Below, piece by piece: positions 1 to 11,036 of a DNA stretch of 64,000 nucleotides (position 1 is the stretch's first letter; the number at the start of each line of letters is the position of its first letter). Source of the stretch: Candidatus Falkowbacteria bacterium (lineage in GTDB: Bacteria > Patescibacteriota > Patescibacteriia > XYB2-FULL-38-15). A program made the translations under genes and the position numbers. Location of the stretch: NCBI GenBank assembly GCA_016214745.1, contig JACRNW010000006.1:13367-77366 (forward strand), in the 5' to 3' direction. Below the pieces are notes generated by a model. The model was not told the origin of the DNA. It saw only the letters and a list, made by a program, of their open reading frames with translations, and did no database searches.

Positions 1-565
1 GCTCAAGAGCAATTTCCCTATGACGCCGAGGCACATCAAATGTTTTCCCGATTTTATATTGCTTACTGTATTGTTCTTTTACCATGTAAACAAATCCGTC
101 AGTTTTTTCTAAATCTGATATTTCAGAATTATCATCGTAAGTTGTTGGCTTGGTATCTGGTAAAAACTGAAGAATGTCTGAATATTCGCTATTATCAGTT
201 GCATAGTTTCTAACAAGCTCAAGTCGCTTGCTGGCATTGCCGAGGCGAAAAATAGCCTCATAGCTTGGGAAAGATTCATTTATCCTTTTTTCTATTTTCA
301 TGTCAGACTGTGCCGGAAATTGTTTGTTTTTTCGAGTTAATAAAATGATGCTATGAATCATGAACTCATTGCTGTAAGCTTTTTTCATTTCATTTTTTTC
401 GAGACCTGCTTCTTTGATAGCAGAGTTCCAGCTGCGCCAATATTTTCCCAACCAAGCACTATTTGGTATCCCAGTTAATTTACAAAATTTCCGTATGCCT
501 AATGGTTTGCCCCCATTTTCATCGGCGGTACGTTTGATTTCTAAAATTATTTCTTCTTTTGTCAT
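1..565 (-). CDS. GIY-YIG (T5orf172/MUG113-like) nuclease with N-terminal homing-endonuclease-associated repeats; 3' end runs off the window
   Basis: Not in the ORF track. Manual translation from ATG 565 gives MTKEEIILEIKRTADENGGKPLGIRKF...DGFVYMVKEQYSKQYKIGKTFDVPRRHREIALE. GFVY...YKIGKT...RR is the T5orf172 motif. Confidence 0.75.
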   Translation of the reverse strand, partial: MTKEEIILEIKRTADENGGKPLGIRKFCKLTGIPNSAWLGKYWRSWNSAIKEAGLEKNEMKKAYSNEFMIHSIILLTRKNKQFPAQSDMKIEKRINESFPSYEAIFRLGNASKRLELVRNYATDNSEYSDILQFLPDTKPTTYDDNSEISDLEKTDGFVYMVKEQYSKQYKIGKTFDVPRRHREIALE

Positions 566-593
566 ATTTAATCTATTATTTAGATGTTTTTTC

Positions 594-1142
594 TTACACT
601 TGCACTTCTTTGCCGCCGGTCGCGACTCGGCCGCCTTGCCACTGGCCGCGGTATTGGTTGCCTTCGCCCAAAACTTCGTGAAAAGTGATGTGAACAACGC
701 GCGCGCCGAAAGAAATTTTAATATTTGATTTTCCGAGATTGCAGAGTCCAAAAGTCAACTCACCCTGATACCCGGGTTGAACGATGCCATTAAAGAGTCC
801 CAGTCCGGAGCGGAAGAGAGTTGTGCGCGGGAAAATAATGCCGGAAACGGTAACGGGCAAATTTACTTTTTCCATCGTCTTTACCAAATAATATTTTCCC
901 GGTTCAAAAACAAAAGAATTATCGCGTTCGGATTTTCCTTCTTCATTTTTTGCCACCAATTTTATGGCCGGAGTGTTTCGTTCTTCCACTCCCAAAAATC
1001 CATCGCCCTCAAGTTCGTAAATTTCTCCGAGCCGCAAATCAAAACCTGCGCCTTCGGGATTATTTTTTTCCCGGTCGCATAAATTTTCCACCAAATTCAT
1101 TTCTTTAACCAATTCGTGTAATTTTTTTATTCCAAGAATCAT
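594..1142 (-). CDS. Trimeric dUTPase / dCTP deaminase family protein
   Basis: GFDLRLG, PRTTLFRSG, GIVQPGYQGEL, YRGQWQG motifs. Confidence 0.8.
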   Translation of the reverse strand: MILGIKKLHELVKEMNLVENLCDREKNNPEGAGFDLRLGEIYELEGDGFLGVEERNTPAIKLVAKNEEGKSERDNSFVFEPGKYYLVKTMEKVNLPVTVSGIIFPRTTLFRSGLGLFNGIVQPGYQGELTFGLCNLGKSNIKISFGARVVHITFHEVLGEGNQYRGQWQGGRVATGGKEVQV

Positions 1143-1158
1143 ATTTTCTAATTACCGT

Positions 1159-1221
1159 GGAGTTCAGGCTTTAGCCTGTACGTTGCGGCGTTCGTAAAAT
1201 ACACCCTAAAGGGTGAACTCC
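1159..1221. repeat. REP doublet (REPIN-like palindrome)
   Basis: GGAGTTCAGGCTTTAGCCTG ... CACCCTAAAGGGTGAACTCC: two hairpins in inverted orientation. Confidence 0.7.
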
Positions 1222-1236
1222 TATCGATTATAAAGT

Positions 1237-1767
1237 TTATTTTGTAAAATCAATATTGCAATAAACCGGGCCGTCGTATTTCCTGATTTTAATTCCTCGT
1301 TTGTCGGCCAACTCTTGCGCTTCGTTTTCTTCTTCTTTTCCTTCGCCGCCGGTTTTTATCCGTTCGTATTTTTCAAAATAAACTATTTCTTTCACGCCAA
1401 CGTTGTTAAACGCTTTCATACAGTCGTAACAAGGATAAAGAGCGGTATAAACCGTTGCCCCGTTTAATCTTCTCGTATCCTGCGCGTTGATAATGCTATT
1501 TATTTCGGCATGCGCGCCGCGGCAGCGTTTTAATTTTTTAGTAATGGGATCGCCGTCAACTTTCGCGCAACCGACTTCTAAACAATGGTCATCGCCGGCG
1601 GTCGGACCGTTGTAACCCATAGAAACAATTCTTTTATTTGTATCAACCACGACAACTCCGGCGGTATGAAATTTACAGGCGGTGCGTTGCGCGACAATCA
1701 GCGCTAAATTCATAAAAGTTTCGTCCCAAGACAAGCGGTTTTTTCTAGGATTTTGTAAATTACCCAT
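1237..1767 (-). CDS. comEB: dCMP deaminase (ComEB family)
   Basis: SWDETFM, GYNG, HAEINS, PCYDC zinc-deaminase motifs. Confidence 0.9.
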   Translation of the reverse strand: MGNLQNPRKNRLSWDETFMNLALIVAQRTACKFHTAGVVVVDTNKRIVSMGYNGPTAGDDHCLEVGCAKVDGDPITKKLKRCRGAHAEINSIINAQDTRRLNGATVYTALYPCYDCMKAFNNVGVKEIVYFEKYERIKTGGEGKEEENEAQELADKRGIKIRKYDGPVYCNIDFTK

Positions 1768-1795
1768 ATAATTTTATATGTTAGTTAGTCCCTCT

Positions 1796-1824
1796 ATTTT
1801 AGCAAAACGAAAAAGATTAGGCAA
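1796..1824 (-). promoter_or_regulatory. Sigma70-type promoter for the deaminase/dUTPase/nuclease genes
   Basis: TTGCCT-17 nt-TAAAAT with TG extension. Confidence 0.55.
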
Positions 1825-1860
1825 TTAAAATCAAGGGGGTTGGATAGTGTTAAAATTAAC

Positions 1861-1891
1861 AAAAAAACACCCCGGTTTAGAGGGTGTTTTT
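1861..1891 (-). terminator. Intrinsic terminator after rplA
   Basis: AAAAACACCC...GGGTGTTTTT hairpin with A/T tracts on both sides. Confidence 0.7.
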
Positions 1892-1906
1892 CTATAGAAA
1901 TTTTAA

Positions 1907-2584
1907 TTACACACTAAGTTTTATTGCCGGACCCATGGTCGTGCAGAGAACGGCGGTTTGGATGTAGACGCCTTTGGCCGCAGCCGGTTTGGCTTTTTTT
2001 ACCGCTTCAATAAACATCGTCAGGTTTTCCAAAAGTTTTTCTTTATCATAGGAAACCTTGCCGAGTAATTGATGGATATTTCCACCGTCGTCGTTTTTGA
2101 AATTAATTTTTCCCTTTTTCAGTTCACTGATGATTTTTTTGATATTTGGATTAACAGTTTCTGTTTTTGGATTTGGCATCAAACCCTTTGGACCCAAAAT
2201 TTTCGCGATTTGCGCCAATTTTGACATCATAGTCGGCGTCGCCACCGCGATTTCAAAATTAGCTCTTTCTGAAGATTTAATCTCTTTAATCAAATCTTCG
2301 CCGCCGACAATTTCCGCGCCGGCCTCTTTGGCTTCTTTTTCCAAAGCCGGTTCAACAAAAGCGGCGATTTTTTTGGTCTTGCCAATGCCGTGCGGCAAAA
2401 CTAAAGTACCGCGCACTAACTGTTCGCCCTTTTTAGGATCAATGCCGAGTTTGATGTGGACTTCCACGCCGGCATCAAATTTTTCCTTAGGGCCATTTTT
2501 GATTAGATCCAAGGCCTCCGCAAAAGAATAACTCTTTTTTGGATCAATGGATTTTTTTACTTCTTGATAGCGTTTTCCGCGCAT
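1907..2584 (-). CDS. rplA: 50S ribosomal protein L1
   Basis: KFD, LPHG, ILGPKGLMPNPK, TTMGP motifs. Confidence 0.98.
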   Translation of the reverse strand: MRGKRYQEVKKSIDPKKSYSFAEALDLIKNGPKEKFDAGVEVHIKLGIDPKKGEQLVRGTLVLPHGIGKTKKIAAFVEPALEKEAKEAGAEIVGGEDLIKEIKSSERANFEIAVATPTMMSKLAQIAKILGPKGLMPNPKTETVNPNIKKIISELKKGKINFKNDDGGNIHQLLGKVSYDKEKLLENLTMFIEAVKKAKPAAAKGVYIQTAVLCTTMGPAIKLSV

Positions 2585-2594
2585 AAGTTTTTTG

Positions 2595-2628
2595 GTGTGG
2601 TGTTAACGCCCCGAATGGAGCTCCCACT
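2595..2628 (-). promoter_or_regulatory. L1 autoregulatory leader
   Basis: GTGGGAG...AACACCAC immediately upstream of rplA, like Firmicute-type L1 binding sites. Confidence 0.6.
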
Positions 2629-2636
2629 GTTATTAA

Positions 2637-2747
2637 CTACAAATTACAAATTTTGATACAAATATACAAATTCTTGCTTACATGTTGATCTAATAAAAAT
2701 ATACTTTATCGCTATTTGTATATTTGTAAATGATTTGTAATTTGTAG
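2637..2747. mobile_element. ~110-bp TACAAAT-arm MITE-like element, copy 1
   Basis: CTACAAATTACAAAT... / ...ATTTGTAATTTGTAG arms; alignable to copies at 4759, 34918 and 58664. Confidence 0.65.
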
Positions 2748-2752
2748 AGTTA

Positions 2753-3196
2753 TTAAACTTCTTTGTTGTTATTTTCTTTTGATTCTTTGGTTTCTTTGCT
2801 AATCATTTTCCAGTGCCACAAGAATAGGGGAATGGCGACAAGGAGCATGGAAATGTCGCGAACGGCATTTTTCTGTTTTCTCGCGACTTTCATAATTCCT
2901 TGTTGGTCCTGCCAATTTTTATAATCAACGAGCCAGTTTTGAATTTGTTGTTTTTCGTCGGCTGTTAAATCACATTTATCTGCGCAGCGTTCGGCTGTTT
3001 GGCCAAGTTTTATTTCAGATGTCATGAGGTACGGGACTGGCGGCGCCCAATCGTCGGCTTTATCCGCGGTTTTAAAAACCCAGGTTTTGAGCCCGAGATT
3101 CGCGAGATCAACTGTTCCCCAAACAATCATCATTAAAGCAATCAAGGCAATTAGGTAGAAATAAACCGTTCGGATTGAGCTTAGTTTAAAAGCCAT
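2753..3196 (-). CDS. Membrane protein (DUF5671-like) between rplK and rplA
   Basis: IRTVYFYLIALIAL N-terminal TM and PLFLWHW C-terminal TM. Confidence 0.65.
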   Translation of the reverse strand: MAFKLSSIRTVYFYLIALIALMMIVWGTVDLANLGLKTWVFKTADKADDWAPPVPYLMTSEIKLGQTAERCADKCDLTADEKQQIQNWLVDYKNWQDQQGIMKVARKQKNAVRDISMLLVAIPLFLWHWKMISKETKESKENNNKEV

Positions 3197-3199
3197 AGA

Positions 3200-3277
3200 T
3201 TTAGTTAAATAGTTAATCAGTTAAATGGTTAAGTAGTTTTGTCGAAGGCAGTCACCGATTAACTGAGTAACTGATTA
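3200..3277. repeat. Degenerate 8-mer inverted-arm repeat (AGTTAATC/GATTAACT family)
   Basis: Same family at 8957-9083 and 61179-61288. Confidence 0.6.
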
Positions 3278-3700
3278 GCCAACTATTTCCAAACCCATTT
3301 GCCGCGCCGTGCCTTCAATAATTCTCATCGCCGCGTCAATATCATGAGCGTTTAAGTCGGGCATTTTTTTCTCGGCGATTTCCCGGACTTGCGCCCTGGT
3401 AACCTTGCCGACTTTTTCCTGAAGCGGTTTTCCGGAACCCTTTTCAATTCCCGCGGCTTTTTTCAAAAGTTCGGCCGCCGGAGGGGTTTTTAAAACAAAG
3501 GTGTAGGTGCGGTCCTCAAAAACAGTGATTTCCGCCGGAATGATGTCGCCAGCCATTTTCGCGGTCGCGGCGTTGAACTTTGAGCAGAATTCAGCGATAT
3601 TCAAACCATGCTGGCCGAGCGCCGGGCCGATTGGCGGCGCGGGATTTGCCTTGCCGGCTGGGATTTGTAATTTTATTACTGTTTTAATTTTTTTAGCCAT
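3275..3700 (-). CDS. rplK: 50S ribosomal protein L11
   Basis: [27 protein letters not shown]. Confidence 0.98.
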   Translation of the reverse strand: MAKKIKTVIKLQIPAGKANPAPPIGPALGQHGLNIAEFCSKFNAATAKMAGDIIPAEITVFEDRTYTFVLKTPPAAELLKKAAGIEKGSGKPLQEKVGKVTRAQVREIAEKKMPDLNAHDIDAAMRIIEGTARQMGLEIVG

Positions 3701-3705
3701 AGAAC

Positions 3706-3782
3706 TCGATGCGAATTTACGAATTAATGCGAATGAAACGAATAATTCGTATTATTCGTATACATTCGTATATTTGTATCGC
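3706..3782. mobile_element. 77-bp gene-less derivative (or empty site) of the GxxExxY element
   Basis: Left 38 bp match the reverse complement of 22636-22673 (35/38); right 38 bp match the reverse complement of 22262-22299 (32/38); counts made by hand. Confidence 0.75.
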
Positions 3783-3787
3783 TACAT

Positions 3788-4333
3788 TTATATTTTTTTA
3801 ACTTGTAAAAAATCTAATTCCACCGGAGTTTCGCGGCCGAACATGCTAACCAACACTTTAACTTTGCCGCGAGCTTCGTCAATGGCTGAAATTTTTCCTT
3901 CAAAACCTTTGAACGGTCCATCGTTAATTTTAACCGGCGCGCCAACCGTGACGTCAATTTTATATTGAGGTTCTTCTTCGCCCATTCTTTTCTGCAAAAC
4001 TTTTATTTCTTCATCGGAAAGGGGGGTCGGAATCGTGCCCGTACCGATAAATCCCGTAACGTTCGGAGTGTTTCTGACCACATACCACGAATCGTCGGTA
4101 ACGAGCATTTCCACCAAAACGTAACCCGGGAAAATTTTTTCAATGACCGTCCGGCGTTTGCCGTTTTTTATTTTTATCTTTTTCTCGGTAGGAATCAAGA
4201 CATTGAAAATCTTGTCCTGCATTGCCATGGATTCAATTCTTTGTTTTAAATTATGGGCGACGTTTTCTTCGTATCCGGAATAAGTGTGAATCGCATACCA
4301 GCGCCGGCCTCTTTGGGCTATTTGTTTAGGCAT
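3788..4333 (-). CDS. nusG: Transcription factor NusG
   Basis: WYAIHTYSGYE, FPGYVLVEM, KOW domain, FGRETPVEL. Confidence 0.98.
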   Translation of the reverse strand: MPKQIAQRGRRWYAIHTYSGYEENVAHNLKQRIESMAMQDKIFNVLIPTEKKIKIKNGKRRTVIEKIFPGYVLVEMLVTDDSWYVVRNTPNVTGFIGTGTIPTPLSDEEIKVLQKRMGEEEPQYKIDVTVGAPVKINDGPFKGFEGKISAIDEARGKVKVLVSMFGRETPVELDFLQVKKI

Positions 4334-4381
4334 AAATAAAATTCAAAAGTCAAAATTCAAAATTCAAAAATTTTGGATTAG

Positions 4382-4576
4382 TTATTTTATGTACTTTTCC
4401 AAAAGCCAGGTGAAAAGAAAGTCCAGTGCTCCCAAAAAAGCGGCCACGCCCAAACTTATGCCAATCACAACCAGGGTGTGGTTTATTGTTTCCCGTCTTG
4501 TCGGCCAGACGACTTTTTTCAATTCCTGATACGACTCCCGAAGGTAATTTGTTAATTTGTTTTCAGCAAGTGTCAT
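4382..4576 (-). CDS. secE: Preprotein translocase SecE
   Basis: ELKKVVWPTR motif plus one TM helix, upstream of nusG. Confidence 0.95.
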   Translation of the reverse strand: MTLAENKLTNYLRESYQELKKVVWPTRRETINHTLVVIGISLGVAAFLGALDFLFTWLLEKYIK

Positions 4577-4584
4577 TTATTTTT

Positions 4585-4679
4585 TCTGCGTTTTTCGGCG
4601 TTATTATCGGCGTTTTTCTGCGGGAATGATAATTTATAGAAGCAGATTTACGCGGATCAAAACGCGGATTTACGCGGAA
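4585..4679. repeat. Degenerate inverted-arm repeat (TCTGCGT/ACGCGGA family)
   Basis: TCTGCGTTTTTCGGCGTT... opposed to ...ACGCGGATCAAAACGCGGATTTACGCGGA. Confidence 0.55.
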
Positions 4680-4758
4680 GATTTTAAGGTTTTTAAAACA
4701 GCCCTGGGGGCTATTTAGGATTAGTATAGCACAGGTTAAAAATAGCGCAAGATCCACT

Positions 4759-4867
4759 CTGCGAATTACAAATTATTTACAAATTTACAAATAACGGAAA
4801 AATGAGTTTTACCAAATTAACGTGTTAGCAAGAATTTGTATATTTGTACCGAATTTGTAATTTGTAG
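4759..4867. mobile_element. 109-bp TACAAAT-arm MITE-like element, copy 2
   Basis: Arms plus conserved core AAATTAACGTGTTAG. Confidence 0.7.
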
Positions 4868-4871
4868 TTGA

Positions 4872-6956
<2,085 letters not shown>

Positions 6957-7042
6957 CTAATATTTATTAAGTTATTATAGCATAGAATATTTTATAAAAC
7001 AAGGGGACAAAAGCCCCTCTAAAAGAAGTTTTATAGATAAAC

Positions 7043-7096
7043 TTGCCCAGCTTTCGCTGGGAATCCAGAAAAAACGGAATCCCGACGAAAGTCGGG
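7043..7096. repeat. 54-bp double-hairpin repeat, copy 1
   Basis: CCCAGCTTTCGCTGGG...CCCGACGAAAGTCGGG; one mismatch to 31916-31969. Confidence 0.75.
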
Positions 7097-7173
7097 CAAT
7101 CTGCAGCCGTTCGCCCAGATTTTATTTTTTTGCTATAATGAAGATGTAATTTACAAATCTTGTTTTTAAAGAT

Positions 7174-8067
7174 ATGGCTACGGGAATTGAAGGAAGAATG
7201 GCCGCGGAGTTGGATCGCCGGCGGGTTTGGGGCTACACTGACGACGAAAATTTTAATCGGGAAATTGCTCAGCCGTGGAAGAGATCGGCGTTTGATCCGT
7301 ACGAGTTTATCGGCAAACCTTATCCGCGAGGGGAAGTGGAAGGAGATTTGAAAAAAATTGATGATATTAAAAAATCCCCGGATTTTAGGCATGAGCGGGG
7401 GAGCGAGACAGTCGCCCTGGAATATGTTTTGATGGATGGAATAAAAGTTCACGGTTGGTTTGGCGATGAAGTTGAATCAGTCCGGAAAACTTCAGAATAC
7501 GATGACGTAAAAAACGGAGTTGATTTTGTCGTAACTTTTTACGACGAAGAAAGCGGTCAGTTTGTTAATCTGGCCATTGACGCCACTACCGCCGTCGACC
7601 GTTTTGTTTTGGACAGGAAAAAAGAAAGAATTTTCAGAAAATTGGGATTTGGAGAAATGGCCAAAGTGAAATATTTTGAAGACCCGGACGGAAATCGGGG
7701 AAAAGTGGAAATGCCTTGCGTCGTTTTGGCTTTGGGACCCGAAAAAACTTTTGAACTTCAAAAAATGCTTGTTGCCGGATCGCGCGAGGAAAAATTTGCA
7801 CCGGAAATGTTTGATTTTTTGGATTCCGCGAGCGAGCAACTGTTTGGATTTATAAATTACACCTTGCATCGGCGCGGATTTTTGGCCCGCGAGAGAGAAC
7901 TTAAAAATTTGGGAGAGATAGCCGGGTTTATGGACCGGCATAGGGGAGATATTGATGAGCCGACGGAAAAAATTATTGACAGCCATTTTGCCGCGTTAAA
8001 AATTATTGGTATGGCCGCGGCGAGAAAGAGAATCGAGCGACAAATTACGCGGGAATCAATACATTAA
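7174..8067 (+). CDS. Hypothetical protein, possible PD-(D/E)xK-like fold
   Basis: 297-aa ORF with an acidic motif pattern EYDDVKNGVDFVV...LAIDAT. Confidence 0.6.
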   Translation: MATGIEGRMAAELDRRRVWGYTDDENFNREIAQPWKRSAFDPYEFIGKPYPRGEVEGDLKKIDDIKKSPDFRHERGSETVALEYVLMDGIKVHGWFGDEVESVRKTSEYDDVKNGVDFVVTFYDEESGQFVNLAIDATTAVDRFVLDRKKERIFRKLGFGEMAKVKYFEDPDGNRGKVEMPCVVLALGPEKTFELQKMLVAGSREEKFAPEMFDFLDSASEQLFGFINYTLHRRGFLARERELKNLGEIAGFMDRHRGDIDEPTEKIIDSHFAALKIIGMAAARKRIERQITRESIH

Positions 8068-8085
8068 AAAAGTAATCATAAAAAT

Positions 8086-8955
8086 ATGGCCATCCAAGAT
8101 CAGCCGACAGATTTTTCCGAAGGTCAATTAAAATTCGCTTCATGGTACGTTTCCCACAAAATTTTATTGAAGAAAATTTTGATTGGTTTTTTGATATTTT
8201 TAAATGCCATTCTTTTGGGCTACGGACTTTACGGACTTGTAAACTACTATTTTATTGAAGGACCGAAATTCGCGGCGGAAATGAGGGAACTTTCCAGCCC
8301 CATTGATTATTCCGCCATAAATCAGGCCGCGGCGCCAAAGAATTTTGAAATCGGAACGACGACGATTTTTTCTTCAGGAAAAGAGAGATATGATTTTGTC
8401 GCGAAAATTTTTAATCCGAACAGCGGCTGGCGGGCCGAATTCACTTACGACTTTTTGGTGGACGGAACGGCGCGTTTGGAGAAGAATGGTTTTACTTTAC
8501 CGGGTGAAGAAAAATTTATTTTTGATTTGGGCGTTTCGGCAAAAAGCAAACCTCGCCAGGCGGTTTTAGAAATAAAAAATTTACAATGGAAGAGGATAAA
8601 CGTCCATGAAATTCCCGATTACGCCGCCTGGCAAGACGAACGCTTGAATTTCATTGTTGAAAATGTAAAATTTACGCCGGCCGCAGTTCAGGAAAATGCG
8701 CTTTCCATCAGCCGGGCTTCATTTACGGCGAGAAACGCCTCGGCCTTTAGTTTTTGGGACGTGGGTTTTGCCGTTCTTCTTTATCGCGGCAGTTCACTCG
8801 CGGGCGTAAATTACATAACTCTTGAAGAATTCCGTTCTGGACAAAACCGTCCGGTTGAAGTAAGTTGGTTTGAGACATTGCCGTCAATAAGCCAGGTAAA
8901 AGTCATGCCGGAAGTGAATATTTTTGATCCGAAAGTGTTCATGCCAGTGGATTAA
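8086..8955 (+). CDS. Membrane-anchored hypothetical protein
   Basis: N-terminal TM helix followed by a beta-rich extracellular region. Confidence 0.7.
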   Translation: MAIQDQPTDFSEGQLKFASWYVSHKILLKKILIGFLIFLNAILLGYGLYGLVNYYFIEGPKFAAEMRELSSPIDYSAINQAAAPKNFEIGTTTIFSSGKERYDFVAKIFNPNSGWRAEFTYDFLVDGTARLEKNGFTLPGEEKFIFDLGVSAKSKPRQAVLEIKNLQWKRINVHEIPDYAAWQDERLNFIVENVKFTPAAVQENALSISRASFTARNASAFSFWDVGFAVLLYRGSSLAGVNYITLEEFRSGQNRPVEVSWFETLPSISQVKVMPEVNIFDPKVFMPVD

Positions 8956-8956
8956 A

Positions 8957-9083
8957 GTCAGTTAATCTGTTAATCAGTTGATTAGTTAATCAGTTTTTGG
9001 TTTTGTTGGGTAGTTTTTGTTTGTGGCAATTTAGTCGCCATTTTTTTAACTGATTAACTATTTAACCATTTAACTATTTAACC
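8957..9083. repeat. Degenerate 8-mer inverted-arm repeat (AGTTAATC/TAACTATT family)
   Basis: Tandem 8-mers in opposed arms. Confidence 0.6.
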
Positions 9084-9086
9084 AAA

Positions 9087-10181
9087 GTGCTCTCGCGGTA
9101 TTTTTCATTTTTAAAACGTTTTGACTGGGTACTCGCGACTTCAGTATTTTTGCTTATGGTTTTAAGTTTAGTCGCGCTTTACAGCATTTCTTTAAGCAAA
9201 GCCCCGCCGGATTTTTTAAATTTTAATAAGCAGTTGATTTTTATTTTTGTCGGCTTGGCGGGATTTTTTGTTCTTAGTATTTTGGATTATAAGTGGTTGA
9301 AATTTTACAGTTTTCCCATTTACGGTCTGGCGATGATTTTGTTAATCGCTGTTTTGATTTTTGGCCAGGTTATTCGCGGAACTCAGGGTTGGTTTGGTTT
9401 TGGTTGGTTTAATTTTCAGCCGGTGGAAGTGGCGAAACTTGCCATGATTATTTTTTTGGCGAAATATTTTTCCCGCGGGGCGCATGAAATTTTTAATTTT
9501 AAATATATCGCGATAAGCGGAGTTTTTTCAGGAGTTTTGATCGGTTTAGTTTTGCTGCAGCCGGATTTTGGTTCGGCGTTGGTTCTTTTTTTCTTGTGGC
9601 TCGCGATGTTATTTTTAATTGGAATAAAGAGATCGCACTTGATTTTACTTTTAGTTTTGGTTGCGGTGCTTCTCGCCGGTTCGTGGTTTTTTGTTTTTCA
9701 GGATTATCAAAAAGAAAGAGTTTTGAGTTTTTTTGACGCTTCGCGCGATCCGCTCGGCCGCGGCTACAATATTACTCAGGCGCAGATTGCCGTCGGTTCG
9801 GGCCAAATGCTCGGCCGAGGAATTGGTTTTGGACCGCAAAGCCAATTGCGTTTCGTTCCGGAAAGCCAGACGGATTTTATTTTCGCCGTTTTAGCCGAAG
9901 AATTGGGTTTTTTGGGCGCGGCGCTTATTCTTGCTCTTTGGGGCGTTATTTTTTGGCGGGTTGTCCGAATCGCGAGACGCGCCCGCGACGATTTCAGCTT
10001 ATTTTTCGCGGCCGGTACAGCGATTGTCTTTTTGATTCAGATTTTTATTAATATTGGTATGACAGTCGGAGTAGCGCCGGTGACCGGTATTTCTTTGCCG
10101 TTTTTAAGTTATGGCGGCAGCGCGCTGGTCGTAAATTTAGCGATGGTCGGGATTTTAGAGAGTATTGCGGCAAGATCGTAA
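9087..10181 (+). CDS. rodA: SEDS peptidoglycan polymerase RodA
   Basis: FQPVEVAK, LQPDFGS, GYNITQAQIAVGSG, PESQTDFIF, LPFLSYGGS. Confidence 0.9.
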   Translation: MLSRYFSFLKRFDWVLATSVFLLMVLSLVALYSISLSKAPPDFLNFNKQLIFIFVGLAGFFVLSILDYKWLKFYSFPIYGLAMILLIAVLIFGQVIRGTQGWFGFGWFNFQPVEVAKLAMIIFLAKYFSRGAHEIFNFKYIAISGVFSGVLIGLVLLQPDFGSALVLFFLWLAMLFLIGIKRSHLILLLVLVAVLLAGSWFFVFQDYQKERVLSFFDASRDPLGRGYNITQAQIAVGSGQMLGRGIGFGPQSQLRFVPESQTDFIFAVLAEELGFLGAALILALWGVIFWRVVRIARRARDDFSLFFAAGTAIVFLIQIFINIGMTVGVAPVTGISLPFLSYGGSALVVNLAMVGILESIAARS

Positions 10182-10302
10182 ATTAGAAAATAGAAAGTAG
10201 AAAATAGAATTTAGAATCGGCCACTTGACGATTTCGGTGTTTGCTGCTAACATCTAATTATCGTATTTTTTAAAATAATTAATTCATAAATAGAGAATTC
10301 TT

Positions 10303-11019
10303 ATGACCTTTGGTCTGAATGTCAAAAAACGGGAAGTGACTGGTAAGGGAGTAAAGAATCTCCGTAAACAAAATTTGATTCCGGCCGTTATTTATGGAAA
10401 AGACGTGCCGTCCTTAAATTTGCTTGTGGAGTATCTTCCTTTCAGCAAACTTTACAAAGAAGCCGGAGAAAGCACGCTCATTGATTTAAAAGTTGATGAA
10501 GCGACGCCGGTCAAAGTTCTGGTTCAAGATGTACAACGAGATCCACTGACTGGGAAATTCGCCCACATTGATTTTCACCAAATCAAGATGACGGAAAAAC
10601 TTAAAGTGGACGCTTTGTTGAAATTTATCGGTGAAGCGCCGGCCGTGAAAGAACTCGGCGGTACTTTTGTTCACAGCATGGATAAAGTGGAAATTGAATG
10701 TTTGCCGCAAGATTTGGTTCATGAAATTGAAGTTGATATTTCCTCGCTCAAAACTTTTGAAGAGAGAATTCATGTCAAAGATTTAAAGGTATCTTCTGGC
10801 GTGAAAATTTTGGCTGATATGAACGCGACAATTGCCGCGGTTGAAGCGCCTTTAACCGAGGAAGAATTGAAGGCTGAACTTGAAACGCCGGTCGCGGAAA
10901 AAGTTGAAGAAGTTGAAGTTGTGGAAAAAGCCAAGAAAGAAGGAGAAGAAGAGGCCGCAGCCGCTCCGGAAGCAGCGGGCGAGAAGAAAGAAGAGAAAAA
11001 AGAAGAGAAGAAAAAGTAA
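10303..11019 (+). CDS. rplY: 50S ribosomal protein L25/Ctc
   Basis: LRKQNLIPAVIYG, HIDF, acidic tail. Confidence 0.95.
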   Translation: MTFGLNVKKREVTGKGVKNLRKQNLIPAVIYGKDVPSLNLLVEYLPFSKLYKEAGESTLIDLKVDEATPVKVLVQDVQRDPLTGKFAHIDFHQIKMTEKLKVDALLKFIGEAPAVKELGGTFVHSMDKVEIECLPQDLVHEIEVDISSLKTFEERIHVKDLKVSSGVKILADMNATIAAVEAPLTEEELKAELETPVAEKVEEVEVVEKAKKEGEEEAAAAPEAAGEKKEEKKEEKKK

Positions 11020-11036
11020 TAATAGAAATTATTATA

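Noticed and set aside
594-1767. Anti-phage dCTP deaminase defence system
   Set aside because: The deaminase is a single-domain ComEB type without the P-loop kinase domain, so housekeeping dUMP supply is the simpler explanation.
4577-4870. tRNA-Trp often found upstream of secE
   Set aside because: No cloverleaf or T-loop motif; the region holds repeats and a likely promoter.
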